Source of the DNA: Escherichia phage vB_VIPECOOM03 | Direction: 5' to 3' (one strand) | Sequence record: OQ721911 | Length of the DNA stretch: 64,000 nucleotides | Shown: positions 12,998-23,942 of the stretch, piece after piece | Layout: each line of letters starts with the position of its first letter | Numbering within the stretch: the first letter of the stretch is position 1 | Translations under genes and position numbers: made by a program | Notes under the pieces: generated by a model | Told to the model about the DNA's origin: nothing | Databases searched by the model: none | Seen by the model: only the letters and a program-made list of their open reading frames with translations

Positions 12998-14128
12998 TTA
13001 TGGATAGGTATAGATGATACCAGTTTCTAAAGCAGTTTTATGAATGATGTATCCATTACGCGATTCTTGAACATCAACTTCCGGATAGTCTTTCATCATC
13101 TTCTGAAGAGTGTAACGATGCAAGTAGTACTTACTATCTGGGTCGTCAGTTTTCCAATCTTTACCTTCTTCAGTCATTTTTTGGATTTCATCCATAACCC
13201 ACCAACCGCACCAGATATAAGCTGAAGTACGATGTGGAAGAGGATGAACATAAGGTAATTCACCTTCTGGTTCCGGAGCAACTTTATCAGTTACCTGAAC
13301 TTGACCTGTTGTTTTAACTGTTTTGCTATCATAGTCAGTTGCTGTAACGACAGCAGTAACTTCAATAGTTTGACTTCCAACAGATGAGGTATCGATAGTA
13401 TATACGTTAGTTGACCCTTCTACAGGAGAAGAATCTTTCTTCCATGAGTAAGTAATTTGTGCTGCGTCAGGTGCGCCAGTAACATTAGCAGTAAATGTAG
13501 CCGAAGCATCTTGCTGAACGTTAATAGAAGGAGGAGTCAATGTAACCTGTGGATTCATTGTCTTCTTATTAACCGTCAATGATACTTCATTAGAAGTAAC
13601 TTCCTTTGCATCATAATCTGTCGCGGTTACTTGAGCTACGCATTTAATTCTTTTTACTCCACTTGTAGTTGGAGTATAGCTAAATGTAGCGGAAGTTGCT
13701 TCACTAACAGGAGAATCATCTACATGCCACTGATATGTAGCAGATGCACCTGATGGTTGAGAAGCTAAGACAGCAGTAAATTCAACAGGAGTTCCAATTA
13801 CTCCAGCAGCAGGACTAGCAGGAGTTACAGCTAAGGTAGTTGTCTGTGTCTTATTTTGAACTGTGATAGTTGTAGAAGCTTCTGCTGTTTCAGCCTCAGC
13901 TTCTGGAACTGTGTTTGTTGCAACTACTTTAATAGTCTTTTGACCGGCAGGTCCTTTTAGTACATAACTAAAAGTTGCTTCAGTTCCATCTTGTGGAACA
14001 TCATCTACAGTCCAAGCATAGGTAATAGTTCCACCTCCAGTTTCACCACTGGGTGTAGCAGTAAACTGCTGAGTCTGATCTATAACTCCAGTAGGTGTTT
14101 TAGGAGTTATATCAACTGTAAAAGCCAT
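12998..14128 (-). CDS. hoc: Highly immunogenic outer capsid protein Hoc (tandem Ig-like domains)
   Basis: 376-aa ORF, same length as T4 Hoc; three or four T/S-rich repeated Ig-like modules followed by a W-rich C-terminal capsid-binding region. Confidence 0.92.
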   Translation of the reverse strand: MAFTVDITPKTPTGVIDQTQQFTATPSGETGGGTITYAWTVDDVPQDGTEATFSYVLKGPAGQKTIKVVATNTVPEAEAETAEASTTITVQNKTQTTTLAVTPASPAAGVIGTPVEFTAVLASQPSGASATYQWHVDDSPVSEATSATFSYTPTTSGVKRIKCVAQVTATDYDAKEVTSNEVSLTVNKKTMNPQVTLTPPSINVQQDASATFTANVTGAPDAAQITYSWKKDSSPVEGSTNVYTIDTSSVGSQTIEVTAVVTATDYDSKTVKTTGQVQVTDKVAPEPEGELPYVHPLPHRTSAYIWCGWWVMDEIQKMTEEGKDWKTDDPDSKYYLHRYTLQKMMKDYPEVDVQESRNGYIIHKTALETGIIYTYP

Positions 14129-14137
14129 AAGTTATCC

Positions 14138-14818
14138 TTATTTTAATGTTACGAAAGAAGAGTTGCGTGTTTCACGAATTAAAACTGATCCGTCACGGTT
14201 AATGTAGTAAATTAAGCTAAATAAAGTTTGATGTGCCGACGCGTGTTCAAAACTAGTTGGGTGAGATTTCCAATCCGGAGTTTCAGCAATCCACTGGTAA
14301 ATCCACCAAGGAACAGTGCAGAATCCTGGATTTTTTCCAATCAGCTGAAGATTCGGACTAAAGTTTTCCGGAAGAGTAAATACAGACGGCTTTTCAGATT
14401 CAATAATCTCAGCTACGGCCTGCTCGAATTTTTCTTCAACAAAAGGAGTATCTTCAATCAAAACATCGGTATTTTCAGGAATTTTATCCGTTTCTACTAC
14501 TTCAATTTTAATGTCAGATTTAAGTGGAGAATCAATCAGAAGTGCTGCTTCTGGATTGACTTCTTCATCGTCATATTTTAATCCCTCTGCAGCATCAGCA
14601 GCATTAATTAAGTCTTTAATAGATAACCCATCAGTCTCTGGCATAGGTTCACTAGCGAGCTTCTGGAGGGCTTCTTCAATATCAATAACGATATTATCAA
14701 AAGATTTATTCTTTTTGACCTTTATACCAAACTGTTCAGCATATTCAGCTAATTTAGCTTTAGCTTCTTTATTATCATCAAGAGCCTTCAGCTCTGCAAT
14801 ATAATCTTTATCTATCAT
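14138..14818 (-). CDS. inh: Inhibitor of prohead protease Inh
   Basis: 226-aa ORF, same size and position as T4 inh. Confidence 0.85.
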   Translation of the reverse strand: MIDKDYIAELKALDDNKEAKAKLAEYAEQFGIKVKKNKSFDNIVIDIEEALQKLASEPMPETDGLSIKDLINAADAAEGLKYDDEEVNPEAALLIDSPLKSDIKIEVVETDKIPENTDVLIEDTPFVEEKFEQAVAEIIESEKPSVFTLPENFSPNLQLIGKNPGFCTVPWWIYQWIAETPDWKSHPTSFEHASAHQTLFSLIYYINRDGSVLIRETRNSSFVTLK

Positions 14819-14831
14819 AATATTTCCTCAG

Positions 14832-14839
14832 TATAAATA
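14832..14839 (+). promoter_or_regulatory. T4-type late promoter (TATAAATA) for uvsW
   Basis: Exact TATAAATA about 30 bp upstream of uvsW ATG in the divergent inh/uvsW region. Confidence 0.65.
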
Positions 14840-14868
14840 TAGATATATTTATTACATGGTATTTAGAC

Positions 14869-16380
14869 ATGACTGACATTAAAGTACATTTTTATGATTT
14901 TAGTCACGTGAGAATTGATTGTGAAGAAAGTACATTTCATGAACTCCGTGATTTCTTTAGCTTTGAAGCTGATGGGTATCGTTTTAATCCGAAGTACAAA
15001 TATGGCCACTGGGATGGACGAATCCGTCTTTTAGATTATAATCGCCTTCTTCCATTTGGCTTAGTCGGGCAAATTAAAAAGTTCTGCGATAACTTTGGCT
15101 ATAAAGCTTGGATTGACCCACAAATTAACGAAAAAGAAGAATTATCAAGAAAAGATTTTGATGAATGGCTTTCTAAATTAGAAATCTATTCAGGAAATAA
15201 AAGAATTGAACCGCATTGGTATCAAAAAGATGCAGTGTTCGAAGGATTAGTTAATCGTCGTAGAATTCTTAATCTTCCAACATCCGCAGGTAAATCTTTA
15301 ATTCAAGCTTTGCTTGCACGTTATTATTTGGAAAATTATGAAGGTAAAATTCTTATCATTGTTCCAACAACTGCTTTAACAACTCAGATGGCTGATGACT
15401 TTGTTGACTATCGTTTATTCAGTCATGCAATGATAAAGAAAATCGGCGGTGGAGCATCAAAAGATGATAAATATAAAAATGATGCACCGGTAATTGTTGG
15501 TACATGGCAAACTGTAGTAAAACAACCGAAAGAATGGTTCTCACAGTTTGGAATGATGATGAATGATGAATGCCATCTTGCCACAGGAAAAAGTATTTCA
15601 TCTATCATATCAGGTTTAAATAACTGCATGTTTAAATTTGGTCTATCAGGTTCATTGCGTGATGGCAAAGCTAATATCATGCAGTATGTTGGAATGTTTG
15701 GTGAAATATTTAAGCCAGTAACGACTTCTAAATTAATGGAAGATGGACAAGTAACTGAGTTAAAAATTAATAGTATTTTTCTTCGCTATCCCGATGAGTT
15801 CACTACTAAATTAAAGGGAAAAACTTACCAAGAAGAAATAAAAATTATTACTGGGCTCAGTAAAAGAAATAAATGGATCGCTAAATTAGCTATTAAACTT
15901 GCACAAAAAGATGAAAACGCTTTTGTCATGTTTAAGCATGTATCACATGGTAAAGCTATTTTCGATTTAATTAAAAATGAATACGATAAAGTTTATTACG
16001 TATCAGGAGAAGTTGATACCGAAACACGCAACGTAATGAAAACCCTAGCTGAAAACGGTAAAGGAATAATTATAGTAGCTAGTTATGGTGTATTTTCTAC
16101 TGGTATTTCAGTTAAAAATCTGCATCACGTTGTTTTAGCGCACGGTGTTAAATCTAAAATTATTGTATTGCAAACAATAGGTCGCGTATTACGTAAGCAT
16201 GGTTCTAAAACAATCGCAACGGTCTGGGACCTCATTGATGATTGTGGCGTCAAGCCAAAATCTGCTAATACGAAAAAGAAATACGTTCATTTGAACTATC
16301 TTTTAAAACACGGCATTGATCGTATTCAGCGCTACGCAGATGAAAAATTTAATTACGTAATGAAAACAGTTAATTTATAA
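14869..16380 (+). CDS. uvsW: UvsW SF2 DNA helicase (recombination/repair)
   Basis: 503-aa ORF with helicase motifs (PTSAGKSL Walker A, DECH box); position as in T4. Confidence 0.92.
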   Translation: MTDIKVHFYDFSHVRIDCEESTFHELRDFFSFEADGYRFNPKYKYGHWDGRIRLLDYNRLLPFGLVGQIKKFCDNFGYKAWIDPQINEKEELSRKDFDEWLSKLEIYSGNKRIEPHWYQKDAVFEGLVNRRRILNLPTSAGKSLIQALLARYYLENYEGKILIIVPTTALTTQMADDFVDYRLFSHAMIKKIGGGASKDDKYKNDAPVIVGTWQTVVKQPKEWFSQFGMMMNDECHLATGKSISSIISGLNNCMFKFGLSGSLRDGKANIMQYVGMFGEIFKPVTTSKLMEDGQVTELKINSIFLRYPDEFTTKLKGKTYQEEIKIITGLSKRNKWIAKLAIKLAQKDENAFVMFKHVSHGKAIFDLIKNEYDKVYYVSGEVDTETRNVMKTLAENGKGIIIVASYGVFSTGISVKNLHHVVLAHGVKSKIIVLQTIGRVLRKHGSKTIATVWDLIDDCGVKPKSANTKKKYVHLNYLLKHGIDRIQRYADEKFNYVMKTVNL

Positions 16381-16393
16381 GGGCTCCGGCCCT

Positions 16394-16636
16394 TTGGAGA
16401 AAAAGATGTTACTAGAATTTAAACAATTTCTTTATGAAGCTTCTATTGATGAATTTATGGGTAAAATTGCCTCTTGCCAAACATTAGAAGGTCTAGAAGA
16501 ACTTGAAGCTTATTATAAGAAAAGAGTTAAAGAAACTGAATTAAAAGATACTGATGACATCTCTGTGAGAGATGCTTTGGCAGGAAAAAGAGCTGAATTA
16601 GAAGATTCAGACGATGAAGTAGAAGAAAGCTTTTAA
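16394..16636 (+). CDS. uvsW.1: UvsW.1 small acidic protein
   Basis: 80-aa ORF immediately downstream of uvsW, as in T4. Confidence 0.8.
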   Translation: MEKKMLLEFKQFLYEASIDEFMGKIASCQTLEGLEELEAYYKKRVKETELKDTDDISVRDALAGKRAELEDSDDEVEESF

Positions 16637-16692
16637 ATTAAAAAAAGGCCCAACCAAAAAGGAAGGGCCAAAACTATAGACTAAAGGTCACA

Positions 16693-16860
16693 CTATAGCA
16701 AAAGTTGTGTTTCATTTAATTGTTCTTCCGAACTTTCTGAAACTGGTAGTTCTTTAATGTAATTATAGCAAGGCCCAGGATGTACAGGACCTTTGTCTGT
16801 TTCAACAACCAATGCAGAATCGATTGGAGTTTTACAGACAACACAAATCTTATCTGACAT
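16693..16860 (-). CDS. Small Cys-containing protein (positional equivalent of T4 uvsY.-1); absent from ORF track because under 60 aa
   Basis: 55-codon ATG-initiated ORF MSDKICVVCKTPIDSALVVETDKGPVHPGPCYNY... with CxxC...C; a TATAAATA sits on the minus strand 26 bp upstream. Confidence 0.55.
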   Translation of the reverse strand: MSDKICVVCKTPIDSALVVETDKGPVHPGPCYNYIKELPVSESSEEQLNETQLLL

Positions 16861-16885
16861 GATTGTCTCCTCTAAATTATATATC

Positions 16886-16893
16886 TATTTATA
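16886..16893 (-). promoter_or_regulatory. T4-type late promoter (TATAAATA on minus strand)
   Basis: Plus-strand TATTTATA (reverse complement TATAAATA) upstream of the small ORF at 16693-16860. Confidence 0.5.
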
Positions 16894-17113
16894 TAACTCT
16901 CATATGCATATCAATGCCCATATCTTTAGAATAAAAATATTCATCAAGATATCCGGCAAATTTTCCTTTAATATAAAGTACATCTTCACCGCATGGGTGG
17001 TCGGCCAGAATACGAATATCCTGACGCTTGAGATTATACTTTTTCATTAAGAATTGAATTTCCGTTTCAAATTCTTCTTCATAATTAAAAGCATCATCAA
17101 TGCTATATTTCAT
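16889..17113 (-). CDS. Hypothetical protein (positional equivalent of T4 uvsY.-2)
   Basis: 74-aa ORF immediately downstream of uvsY, overlapping its stop. Confidence 0.7.
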   Translation of the reverse strand: MKYSIDDAFNYEEEFETEIQFLMKKYNLKRQDIRILADHPCGEDVLYIKGKFAGYLDEYFYSKDMGIDMHMRVI

Positions 17114-17526
17114 TATTTTCCAGCCTCAAATGCTCGCATGTCTTGAATATGCTTAATAGCAAATCCACGTGATTTAATAGCATCAAGAGCTCCGCTACAG
17201 AAATCCAATAAAATTCCCCAATATTGTAATGAAGTATCAACTTTTAAAACATCCTTATCAGCTGATAGAACTGTCTTCATTTCTGATTTCTCATAACGGT
17301 CCATACTAAATTCATCACCATCTCCTCGTCCCGAGTAGTAGTCTAATTTAGCTTTAAGAGCAACTTTTTTCTGTGCGTCAATTCTAAGCATTTCCTTTTT
17401 AATACTTGAATGCTTATTGAGCCATTTACTATATAACATCACATTATTAGCTGCTTCATACTGTAATTTAGTCGAATCTATAAACACATCTTTCTTCAAT
17501 TCTTCTTGAAGATCTTCTAATTTCAT
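17113..17526 (-). CDS. uvsY: UvsY recombination mediator protein
   Basis: 137-aa ORF, same length as T4 UvsY; position upstream of gene 25. Confidence 0.92.
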   Translation of the reverse strand: MKLEDLQEELKKDVFIDSTKLQYEAANNVMLYSKWLNKHSSIKKEMLRIDAQKKVALKAKLDYYSGRGDGDEFSMDRYEKSEMKTVLSADKDVLKVDTSLQYWGILLDFCSGALDAIKSRGFAIKHIQDMRAFEAGK

Positions 17527-17592
17527 ATTGTTCTCTATTCAATTGTTATTGGATGGACTTAGATTCATTATACCACGTTTATACGTGAAGCA

Positions 17593-17991
17593 TTATACTC
17601 TGTTACTGGAAGCCAGTTGTAGTTTTATCTGCTCAATATCATCAGGGTTATCGATGACCGAAAAGCGTATTTCTACTATCAGAGTATAATCATCATAAAC
17701 CGGTATTACATTAACTGCTAATTTATCAATACGTGGCTCGTAGTTTCTTACTGCGCTTTCAATGTTACGCTCAACAGTATCAGCAGTAAGAGGAGTCATA
17801 TTCTCAAAAAGCTGATCAGATAAATCACATCCAAATTCCGGGTCAAATGGTCTCGACCCTTTTCTGGTTGTAATAATTCCCAAAAGGCTATTTTTAATTG
17901 ACCTTAATCCAAGAGATCTAGAAACATCTTTGTCCCAATCCATTTTCATTTCTGGGTCAATGTCAGAATAAAGCTTATTAATATTTGCCAT
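17593..17991 (-). CDS. 25: Baseplate wedge protein gp25
   Basis: 132-aa ORF, same size and position as T4 gp25. Confidence 0.92.
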   Translation of the reverse strand: MANINKLYSDIDPEMKMDWDKDVSRSLGLRSIKNSLLGIITTRKGSRPFDPEFGCDLSDQLFENMTPLTADTVERNIESAVRNYEPRIDKLAVNVIPVYDDYTLIVEIRFSVIDNPDDIEQIKLQLASSNRV

Positions 17992-18617
17992 TACAATAGC
18001 TCAAAGAATTCTTTGAGTCCTCTTATTACATGAGCGTGAGATTTTCCACACTCTGGACATTTAATTGGAACAGCCAAATAAACAGTAGGCTTTAAAAGCA
18101 TATCTTTTATAGCTACAATATCTGACTCTGTGATGATAGAATATAAATCTTCCAACTCTTTTTCATTTAAGTCTTCAATTGGAATGCTTTCTCCGTTAGC
18201 ATGAATCGTTTCTATACATGATACTATCATGTGGGCTATGTTTTTATCATCAAAAATTTTAGGGTAATGGAACTTAATTTTAATGTCACCCAGTGTATAC
18301 CAGAGGTCTTCTGGTGCATCTATTCGTGTATGTAATAGATTTATATGGGTTGGTATTTCAGTTCCACAGGTGCACTTCCAGGAGTTTTCGTGATTAACTT
18401 CTCCAAGAGAATGTGCCCATAAATGAATCAATAGTAGTTCTGATTCTTGGCGGTTTAAATCTTTTGCATTTGTACAGTCTTTGATTAGCTTTTTAACGAT
18501 CTCTTCTACTGAACCGTTCTTTTTAGCAGTAATAAGTTCTAGATATTCTTTAAGAGTAAATGCGCGACAGTTGATTATTTTAGAACCAACTCTCACATCA
18601 AATTTGTATTCATACAT
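17991..18617 (-). CDS. 26: Baseplate hub protein gp26
   Basis: 208-aa ORF, same size as T4 gp26; Cys-rich. Confidence 0.9.
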   Translation of the reverse strand: MYEYKFDVRVGSKIINCRAFTLKEYLELITAKKNGSVEEIVKKLIKDCTNAKDLNRQESELLLIHLWAHSLGEVNHENSWKCTCGTEIPTHINLLHTRIDAPEDLWYTLGDIKIKFHYPKIFDDKNIAHMIVSCIETIHANGESIPIEDLNEKELEDLYSIITESDIVAIKDMLLKPTVYLAVPIKCPECGKSHAHVIRGLKEFFELL

Positions 18618-18638
18618 ATTTAGCTCCTTTATTTATCA

Positions 18639-18646
18639 TATTTATA
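18639..18646 (-). promoter_or_regulatory. T4-type late promoter for gene 26 (minus strand half of palindromic TATTTATAAATA)
   Basis: Plus-strand TATTTATA is the reverse complement of TATAAATA, 22 bp upstream of gene 26 ATG. Confidence 0.65.
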
Positions 18647-18650
18647 AATA
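18643..18650 (+). promoter_or_regulatory. T4-type late promoter for gene 51 (plus strand half of palindromic TATTTATAAATA)
   Basis: Exact TATAAATA 17 bp upstream of gene 51 ATG. Confidence 0.65.
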
Positions 18651-18667
18651 GAATAAAAGGAGCATCT

Positions 18668-19417
18668 ATGGCAAACATTATTCGTTGTAAATTACCAGAT
18701 GGTGTTCATCGTTTTAAACCATTTACGGTAGAAGATTATCGAGATTTTTTGTTAGTTCGAAACGATATAGAACATCGGTCACCACAAGAACAAAAAGAAA
18801 TAATTGCTGATTTAATTGCTGATTATTTTGGAGACTATCCGAAGACTTGGCAACCATTTATATTTTTGCAGGTATTTGTAGGGTCAATAGGTAAAACTAA
18901 AGTACCGGTCACATTTGTATGTCCAAAATGTAAAAAAGAAAAGACAGTTCCATTTGAAATATATCAAAAAGAATTAAAGGAACCTGTTTTTGATGTAGCT
19001 AATGTTAAAATTAAATTAAAGTTTCCTTCTGAGTTTTATGAAAATAAAGCAAAGATGATTACTGAAAATATTCATTCTGTTCAAGTAGATGAAACATGGT
19101 ATGATTGGAAGGAAATTAGCGAATCAAGTCAAATAGAACTTGTTGACGCCATCGAGATAGAAACATTAGAAAAAATTCTCGATGCAATGAATCCTATTAA
19201 TTTAACATTGCACATGTCGTGTTGTAATAAGTATGTAAAAAAATACACTGATATAGTAGATGTGTTTAAGCTATTAGTTAACCCAGATGAGATATTTACT
19301 TTTTATCAAATTAATCACACACTTGTAAAAAGTAATTATAGCTTAAATTCAATAATGAAAATGATTCCTGCCGAGCGCGGATTCGTATTAAAACTGATTG
19401 AGAAGGATAAACAATAA
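18668..19417 (+). CDS. 51: Baseplate hub assembly catalyst gp51
   Basis: 249-aa ORF, same size and position as T4 gp51. Confidence 0.9.
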   Translation: MANIIRCKLPDGVHRFKPFTVEDYRDFLLVRNDIEHRSPQEQKEIIADLIADYFGDYPKTWQPFIFLQVFVGSIGKTKVPVTFVCPKCKKEKTVPFEIYQKELKEPVFDVANVKIKLKFPSEFYENKAKMITENIHSVQVDETWYDWKEISESSQIELVDAIEIETLEKILDAMNPINLTLHMSCCNKYVKKYTDIVDVFKLLVNPDEIFTFYQINHTLVKSNYSLNSIMKMIPAERGFVLKLIEKDKQ

Positions 19418-20592
19418 TGAGTATGTTGCAACGCCCTGGATATCCAAATCTCAGCGTTAAATTATTTGATAGCTACGACGCTTGGAGTAATAATAGATTT
19501 GTTGAATTAGCTGCTACTATTACCACATTAACTATGCGGGATTCTCTTTATGGCCGAAATGAAGGAATGCTGCAGTTTTATGATTCTAAAAATATCCATA
19601 CAAAAATGGATGGAAATGAAATAATTCAGATTTCTGTAGCTAATGCAAACGATATTAATAATGTTAAAACAAGAATTTATGGATGTAAGCATTTTTCCGT
19701 GTCAGTAGATTCAAAGGGTGATAACATCATTGCTATTGAATTGGGAACTATTCATTCTATAGAAAATCTTAAATTTGGCAGACCGTTTTTCCCTGATGCA
19801 GGTGAATCTATAAAGGAAATGCTTGGCGTCATTTATCAAGATCGCACATTATTAACTCCAGCGATAAATGCTATAAATGCTTATGTTCCTGATATTCCAT
19901 GGACTAGCACATTTGAAAACTATTTGTCGTATGTCAGAGAAGTTGCTCTAGCTGTAGGAAGTGACAAATTTGTATTTGTATGGCAAGACATCATGGGAGT
20001 TAACATGATGGACTATGATATGATGATAAATCAAGAACCATATCCAATGATTGTCGGTGAGCCATCTTTAATAGGTCAATTCATCCAAGAATTAAAATAT
20101 CCATTAGCATATGATTTCGTTTGGTTGACTAAATCGAATCCTCACAAACGTGACCCAATGAAAAACGCTACTATCTATGCGCATTCGTTTTTGGATTCTT
20201 CATTGCCAATGATTACTACAGGAAAGGGAGAAAACTCTATTGTAGTGTCAAGGTCAGGTGCTTATTCTGAAATGACTTATAGGAATGGATATGAAGAAGC
20301 TATTCGTCTTCAAACTATGGCGCAATACGATGGCTATGCTAAATGTTCTACTGTCGGTAATTTTAACTTAACCCCTGGCGTTAAAATTATTTTTAATGAT
20401 AGTAAAAACCAATTTAAAACAGAATTTTACGTTGATGAAGTCATCCATGAATTATCCAATAATAATTCAGTAACTCATCTATATATGTTCACTAATGCAA
20501 CGAAACTGGAAACAATAGACCCAGTTAAGGTTAAAAATGAATTTAAATCTGATACTACCACTGAAGAAAATAGTTCTTCCAATAAGCAATAA
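19417..20592 (+). CDS. 27: Baseplate hub protein gp27
   Basis: 391-aa ORF, same length as T4 gp27. Confidence 0.92.
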   Translation: MSMLQRPGYPNLSVKLFDSYDAWSNNRFVELAATITTLTMRDSLYGRNEGMLQFYDSKNIHTKMDGNEIIQISVANANDINNVKTRIYGCKHFSVSVDSKGDNIIAIELGTIHSIENLKFGRPFFPDAGESIKEMLGVIYQDRTLLTPAINAINAYVPDIPWTSTFENYLSYVREVALAVGSDKFVFVWQDIMGVNMMDYDMMINQEPYPMIVGEPSLIGQFIQELKYPLAYDFVWLTKSNPHKRDPMKNATIYAHSFLDSSLPMITTGKGENSIVVSRSGAYSEMTYRNGYEEAIRLQTMAQYDGYAKCSTVGNFNLTPGVKIIFNDSKNQFKTEFYVDEVIHELSNNNSVTHLYMFTNATKLETIDPVKVKNEFKSDTTTEENSSSNKQ

Positions 20593-21070
20593 AGAAGTTT
20601 CTATTCCTAAAATGGGTCTTAAACATTATAACATTTTAAAAGATGTTAAAGGTCCTGATGAAAATTTAAAACTTCTTATTGATTCTATTTGTCCAAATTT
20701 ATCACCGGCAGAAGTTGATTTCGTTTCTATTCATTTATTGGAATTTAATGGAAAGATTAAATCTCGTAAAGAAATAGATGGTTATACTTATGACATTAAT
20801 GATGTTTATGTATGTCAAAGATTGGAATTTCAATACCAAGGAAATACATTTTATTTTAGACCGCCTGGAAAATTTGAACAATTTTTAACTGTGAGCGATA
20901 TGTTATCCAAATGCTTGCTTAAGGTCAATGATGAAGTTAAAGAAATTAATTTTCTTGAGATGCCAGCATTCGTTTTAAAATGGGCAAATGATATTTTTAC
21001 AACTTTAGCAATTCCTGGCCCTAATGGTCCAATAACCGGAATTGGCAATATTATTGGATTATTTGAATGA
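20537..21070 (+). CDS. 28: Baseplate hub distal subunit gp28
   Basis: 177-aa ORF overlapping the 3' end of gene 27 in another frame, as in T4. Confidence 0.88.
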   Translation: MNLNLILPLKKIVLPISNKEVSIPKMGLKHYNILKDVKGPDENLKLLIDSICPNLSPAEVDFVSIHLLEFNGKIKSRKEIDGYTYDINDVYVCQRLEFQYQGNTFYFRPPGKFEQFLTVSDMLSKCLLKVNDEVKEINFLEMPAFVLKWANDIFTTLAIPGPNGPITGIGNIIGLFE

Positions 21071-22839
21071 AAAAGCCACAAGAAATGCAAACGATGCGTA
21101 GAAAAGTTATTTCAGATAATAAACCAACACAGGAAGCGGCTAAATCCGCTTCCAACACTTTATCTGGACTTAACGATATATCTACGAAATTGGATGATGC
21201 TCAAGCTGCTTCTGAATTAATTGCTCAAACTGTCGAAGAAAAATCGAATGAAATAATTGGAGCAATTGACAACGTAGAAAACGCAGTGAGTGATACTACT
21301 GCCGGTTCTGAGTTAATTGCTGAAACTGTTGAAATTGGCAACAATATTAATAAAGAAATCGGTGAATCGCTCGGGAGTAAATTAGATAAATTAACGAGTT
21401 TATTAGAGCAAAAAATTCAGACAGCCGGAATTCAACAAACAGGAACTAGTTTAGCTACGGTTGAAAGCGCTATTCCTGTTAAAGTTGTTGAGGACGATAC
21501 AGCTGAATCTGTGGGTCCTTTATTACCGGCTCCTGAAGCAGTTAATAATGATCCTGACGCTGATTTTTTCCCTACCCCTCAGCCAGTTGAACCCAAACAA
21601 GAATCACCAGAAGAAAAACAGAAAAAAGAAGCATTTAACTTAAAATTATCTCAAGCTTTAGATAAATTAACAAAGACGGTTGATTTTGGATTTAAGAAAT
21701 CCATTTCAATTACTGATAAAATATCAAGCATGTTATTTAAGTATACCGTCAGTGCTGCTATTGAAGCTGCTAAAATGACTGCAATGATATTGGCTGTTGT
21801 TGTCGGAATAGACTTGTTGATGGTTCATTTCAAATATTGGTCAGATAAATTTTCACAGGCTTGGGATTTGTTTAGTACAGACTTTACTAAATTCTCTAGC
21901 GAAACCGGAACATGGGGTCCTTTATTACAGAGCATCTTTAGTTCTATTGATGAAATTAAAAAATTCTGGGAAGAGGGAGATTGGGGCGGTTTGACGGTAG
22001 CTATTGTAGAAGGGCTTGGAAAGGTTCTTTATAATTTAGGAGAACTTATTCAGCTTGGAATGGCTAAATTATCTGCGGCAATTCTTCGAGTTATTCCTGG
22101 TATGAAGGATACTGCTGATGAAGTAGAAGGAAGAGCACTAGAAAATTTCCAAAATTCTACTGGAGCATCTCTCAATAAAGAAGACCAGGAAAAAGTTGCA
22201 AATTATCAAGATAAACGAATGAACGGAGACCTTGGTCCGATAGCAAAAGGATTAGATAAAATTGCGAACTGGAAAACTCGTGCATCTAACTGGATTCGTG
22301 GCGTTGATAATAAAGAAGCACTAACTACTGACGAAGAACGTGCAGCAGAAGAAGAAAAATTAAAGCAACTTTCACCAGAAGAAAGAAAAAATGCTTTAAT
22401 GAAGGCTAATGAAGCCCGTGCCGCGATGATTCGTTTTGAAAAATATGCTGATTCGGCTGATATGAGTAAAGACTCAACAGTTAAATCAGTTGAAGCTGCC
22501 TATGAAGACCTTAAAAAACGGATGGATGACCCAGATTTAAATAATTCACCGGCAGTTAAAAAAGAACTTGCTGCTAGATTTTCTAAAATTGATGCTACAT
22601 ATCAAGAGCTCAAGAAAAATCAGCCTAATGCCAAACCTGAAACTTCTGCTAAATCGCCAGAAGCAAAACAAGTCCAGGTAATAGAAAAGAACAAAGCACA
22701 GCAAGCTCCTGTTCAACAAGCATCTCCTTCGATCAATAATACTAATAATGTTATTAAGAAAAATACTGTCGTTCATAATATGACACCCGTAACGAGCACG
22801 ACTGCTCCTGGTGTATTTGATGCGACTGGAGTTAATTAA
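21067..22839 (+). CDS. 29: Baseplate hub / tail length determinator (tape measure) gp29
   Basis: 590-aa ORF, same length as T4 gp29; extended helical/low-complexity character typical of tape-measure proteins. Confidence 0.92.
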   Translation: MKKPQEMQTMRRKVISDNKPTQEAAKSASNTLSGLNDISTKLDDAQAASELIAQTVEEKSNEIIGAIDNVENAVSDTTAGSELIAETVEIGNNINKEIGESLGSKLDKLTSLLEQKIQTAGIQQTGTSLATVESAIPVKVVEDDTAESVGPLLPAPEAVNNDPDADFFPTPQPVEPKQESPEEKQKKEAFNLKLSQALDKLTKTVDFGFKKSISITDKISSMLFKYTVSAAIEAAKMTAMILAVVVGIDLLMVHFKYWSDKFSQAWDLFSTDFTKFSSETGTWGPLLQSIFSSIDEIKKFWEEGDWGGLTVAIVEGLGKVLYNLGELIQLGMAKLSAAILRVIPGMKDTADEVEGRALENFQNSTGASLNKEDQEKVANYQDKRMNGDLGPIAKGLDKIANWKTRASNWIRGVDNKEALTTDEERAAEEEKLKQLSPEERKNALMKANEARAAMIRFEKYADSADMSKDSTVKSVEAAYEDLKKRMDDPDLNNSPAVKKELAARFSKIDATYQELKKNQPNAKPETSAKSPEAKQVQVIEKNKAQQAPVQQASPSINNTNNVIKKNTVVHNMTPVTSTTAPGVFDATGVN

Positions 22840-22847
22840 GGAATAAT

Positions 22848-23942
22848 ATGGCAATTGTTAAAGAAATAACTGCTGATTTAATTAAAAAGTCCGGTGAGAA
22901 AATTTCAGCCGGACAGAGTACTAAATCAGAAGTAGCAACTAAAACATACACTGCCCAGTTTCCAACTGGGCGTGCTAGTGGTAATGACACTACAGGGGAC
23001 TTCCAGGTAACAGATCTATATAAGAATGGATTATTATTTACTGCATACAATATGTCATCTAGGGATTCTGGAAGTCTTAGATCGATGAGATCTAACTACT
23101 CTTCTTCATCTTCGAGTATTTTACGTACAGCCAGAAACACTATCAGTAATACAGTATCAAAACTGTCAAATGGATTAATATCAGATAATAATTCAGGAAC
23201 AATAAGTAAAGCACCTGTTGCAAATATTCTTTTACCAAGATCTAAATCCGATGTTGATACATCATCACATAGATTTAATGATGTTCAAGAAAGTCTTATC
23301 AGTAGAGGCGGAGGTACTGCTACTGGTGTGTTAAGTAATATTGCTTCAACTGCAGTATTTGGGGCACTGGAAAGTATAACGCAAGGTATAATGGCTGATA
23401 ATAATGAACAGATTTATACGACAGCCAGAAGTATGTATGGCGGTGCTGAGAATAGAACTAAAGTGTTTACATGGGATTTGACGCCACGTTCAACAGAAGA
23501 TTTGATGGCTATTATTAATATCTATCAATATTTTAACTATTTTTCTTATGGTGAAACGGGCAAATCTCAATATGCTGCTGAAATAAAGGGGTATTTAGAT
23601 GATTGGTATCGTTCTACATTAATTGAACCTTTATCTCCGGAAGACGCAGCTAAAAATAAAACACTATTTGAGAAAATGACATCGAGTTTAACTAACGTTC
23701 TAGTAGTTTCAAACCCGACAATTTGGATGGTGAAAAACTTTGGTGCAACATCTAAGTTTGATGGAAAAACGGAAATATTTGGCCCATGCCAAATACAGAG
23801 CATCAGATTTGATAAAACACCTAATGGTAACTTTAACGGATTAGCTATTGCTCCAAACCTCCCTAGTACATTTACTCTTGAGATTACTATGAGAGAAATT
23901 ATCACGTTAAACCGTGCTTCTTTATATGCGGGGACTTTTTAA
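22848..23942 (+). CDS. 48: Baseplate tail tube cap gp48
   Basis: 364-aa ORF, same size and position as T4 gp48. Confidence 0.9.
   Translation: MAIVKEITADLIKKSGEKISAGQSTKSEVATKTYTAQFPTGRASGNDTTGDFQVTDLYKNGLLFTAYNMSSRDSGSLRSMRSNYSSSSSSILRTARNTISNTVSKLSNGLISDNNSGTISKAPVANILLPRSKSDVDTSSHRFNDVQESLISRGGGTATGVLSNIASTAVFGALESITQGIMADNNEQIYTTARSMYGGAENRTKVFTWDLTPRSTEDLMAIINIYQYFNYFSYGETGKSQYAAEIKGYLDDWYRSTLIEPLSPEDAAKNKTLFEKMTSSLTNVLVVSNPTIWMVKNFGATSKFDGKTEIFGPCQIQSIRFDKTPNGNFNGLAIAPNLPSTFTLEITMREIITLNRASLYAGTF

Noticed and set aside
16793-17050. 85-aa plus-strand ORF overlapping the uvsY-downstream minus-strand genes
   Set aside because: AT-rich low-complexity translation, opposite to the conserved minus-strand gene pair, no promoter or RBS; the minus-strand ORFs explain the region.
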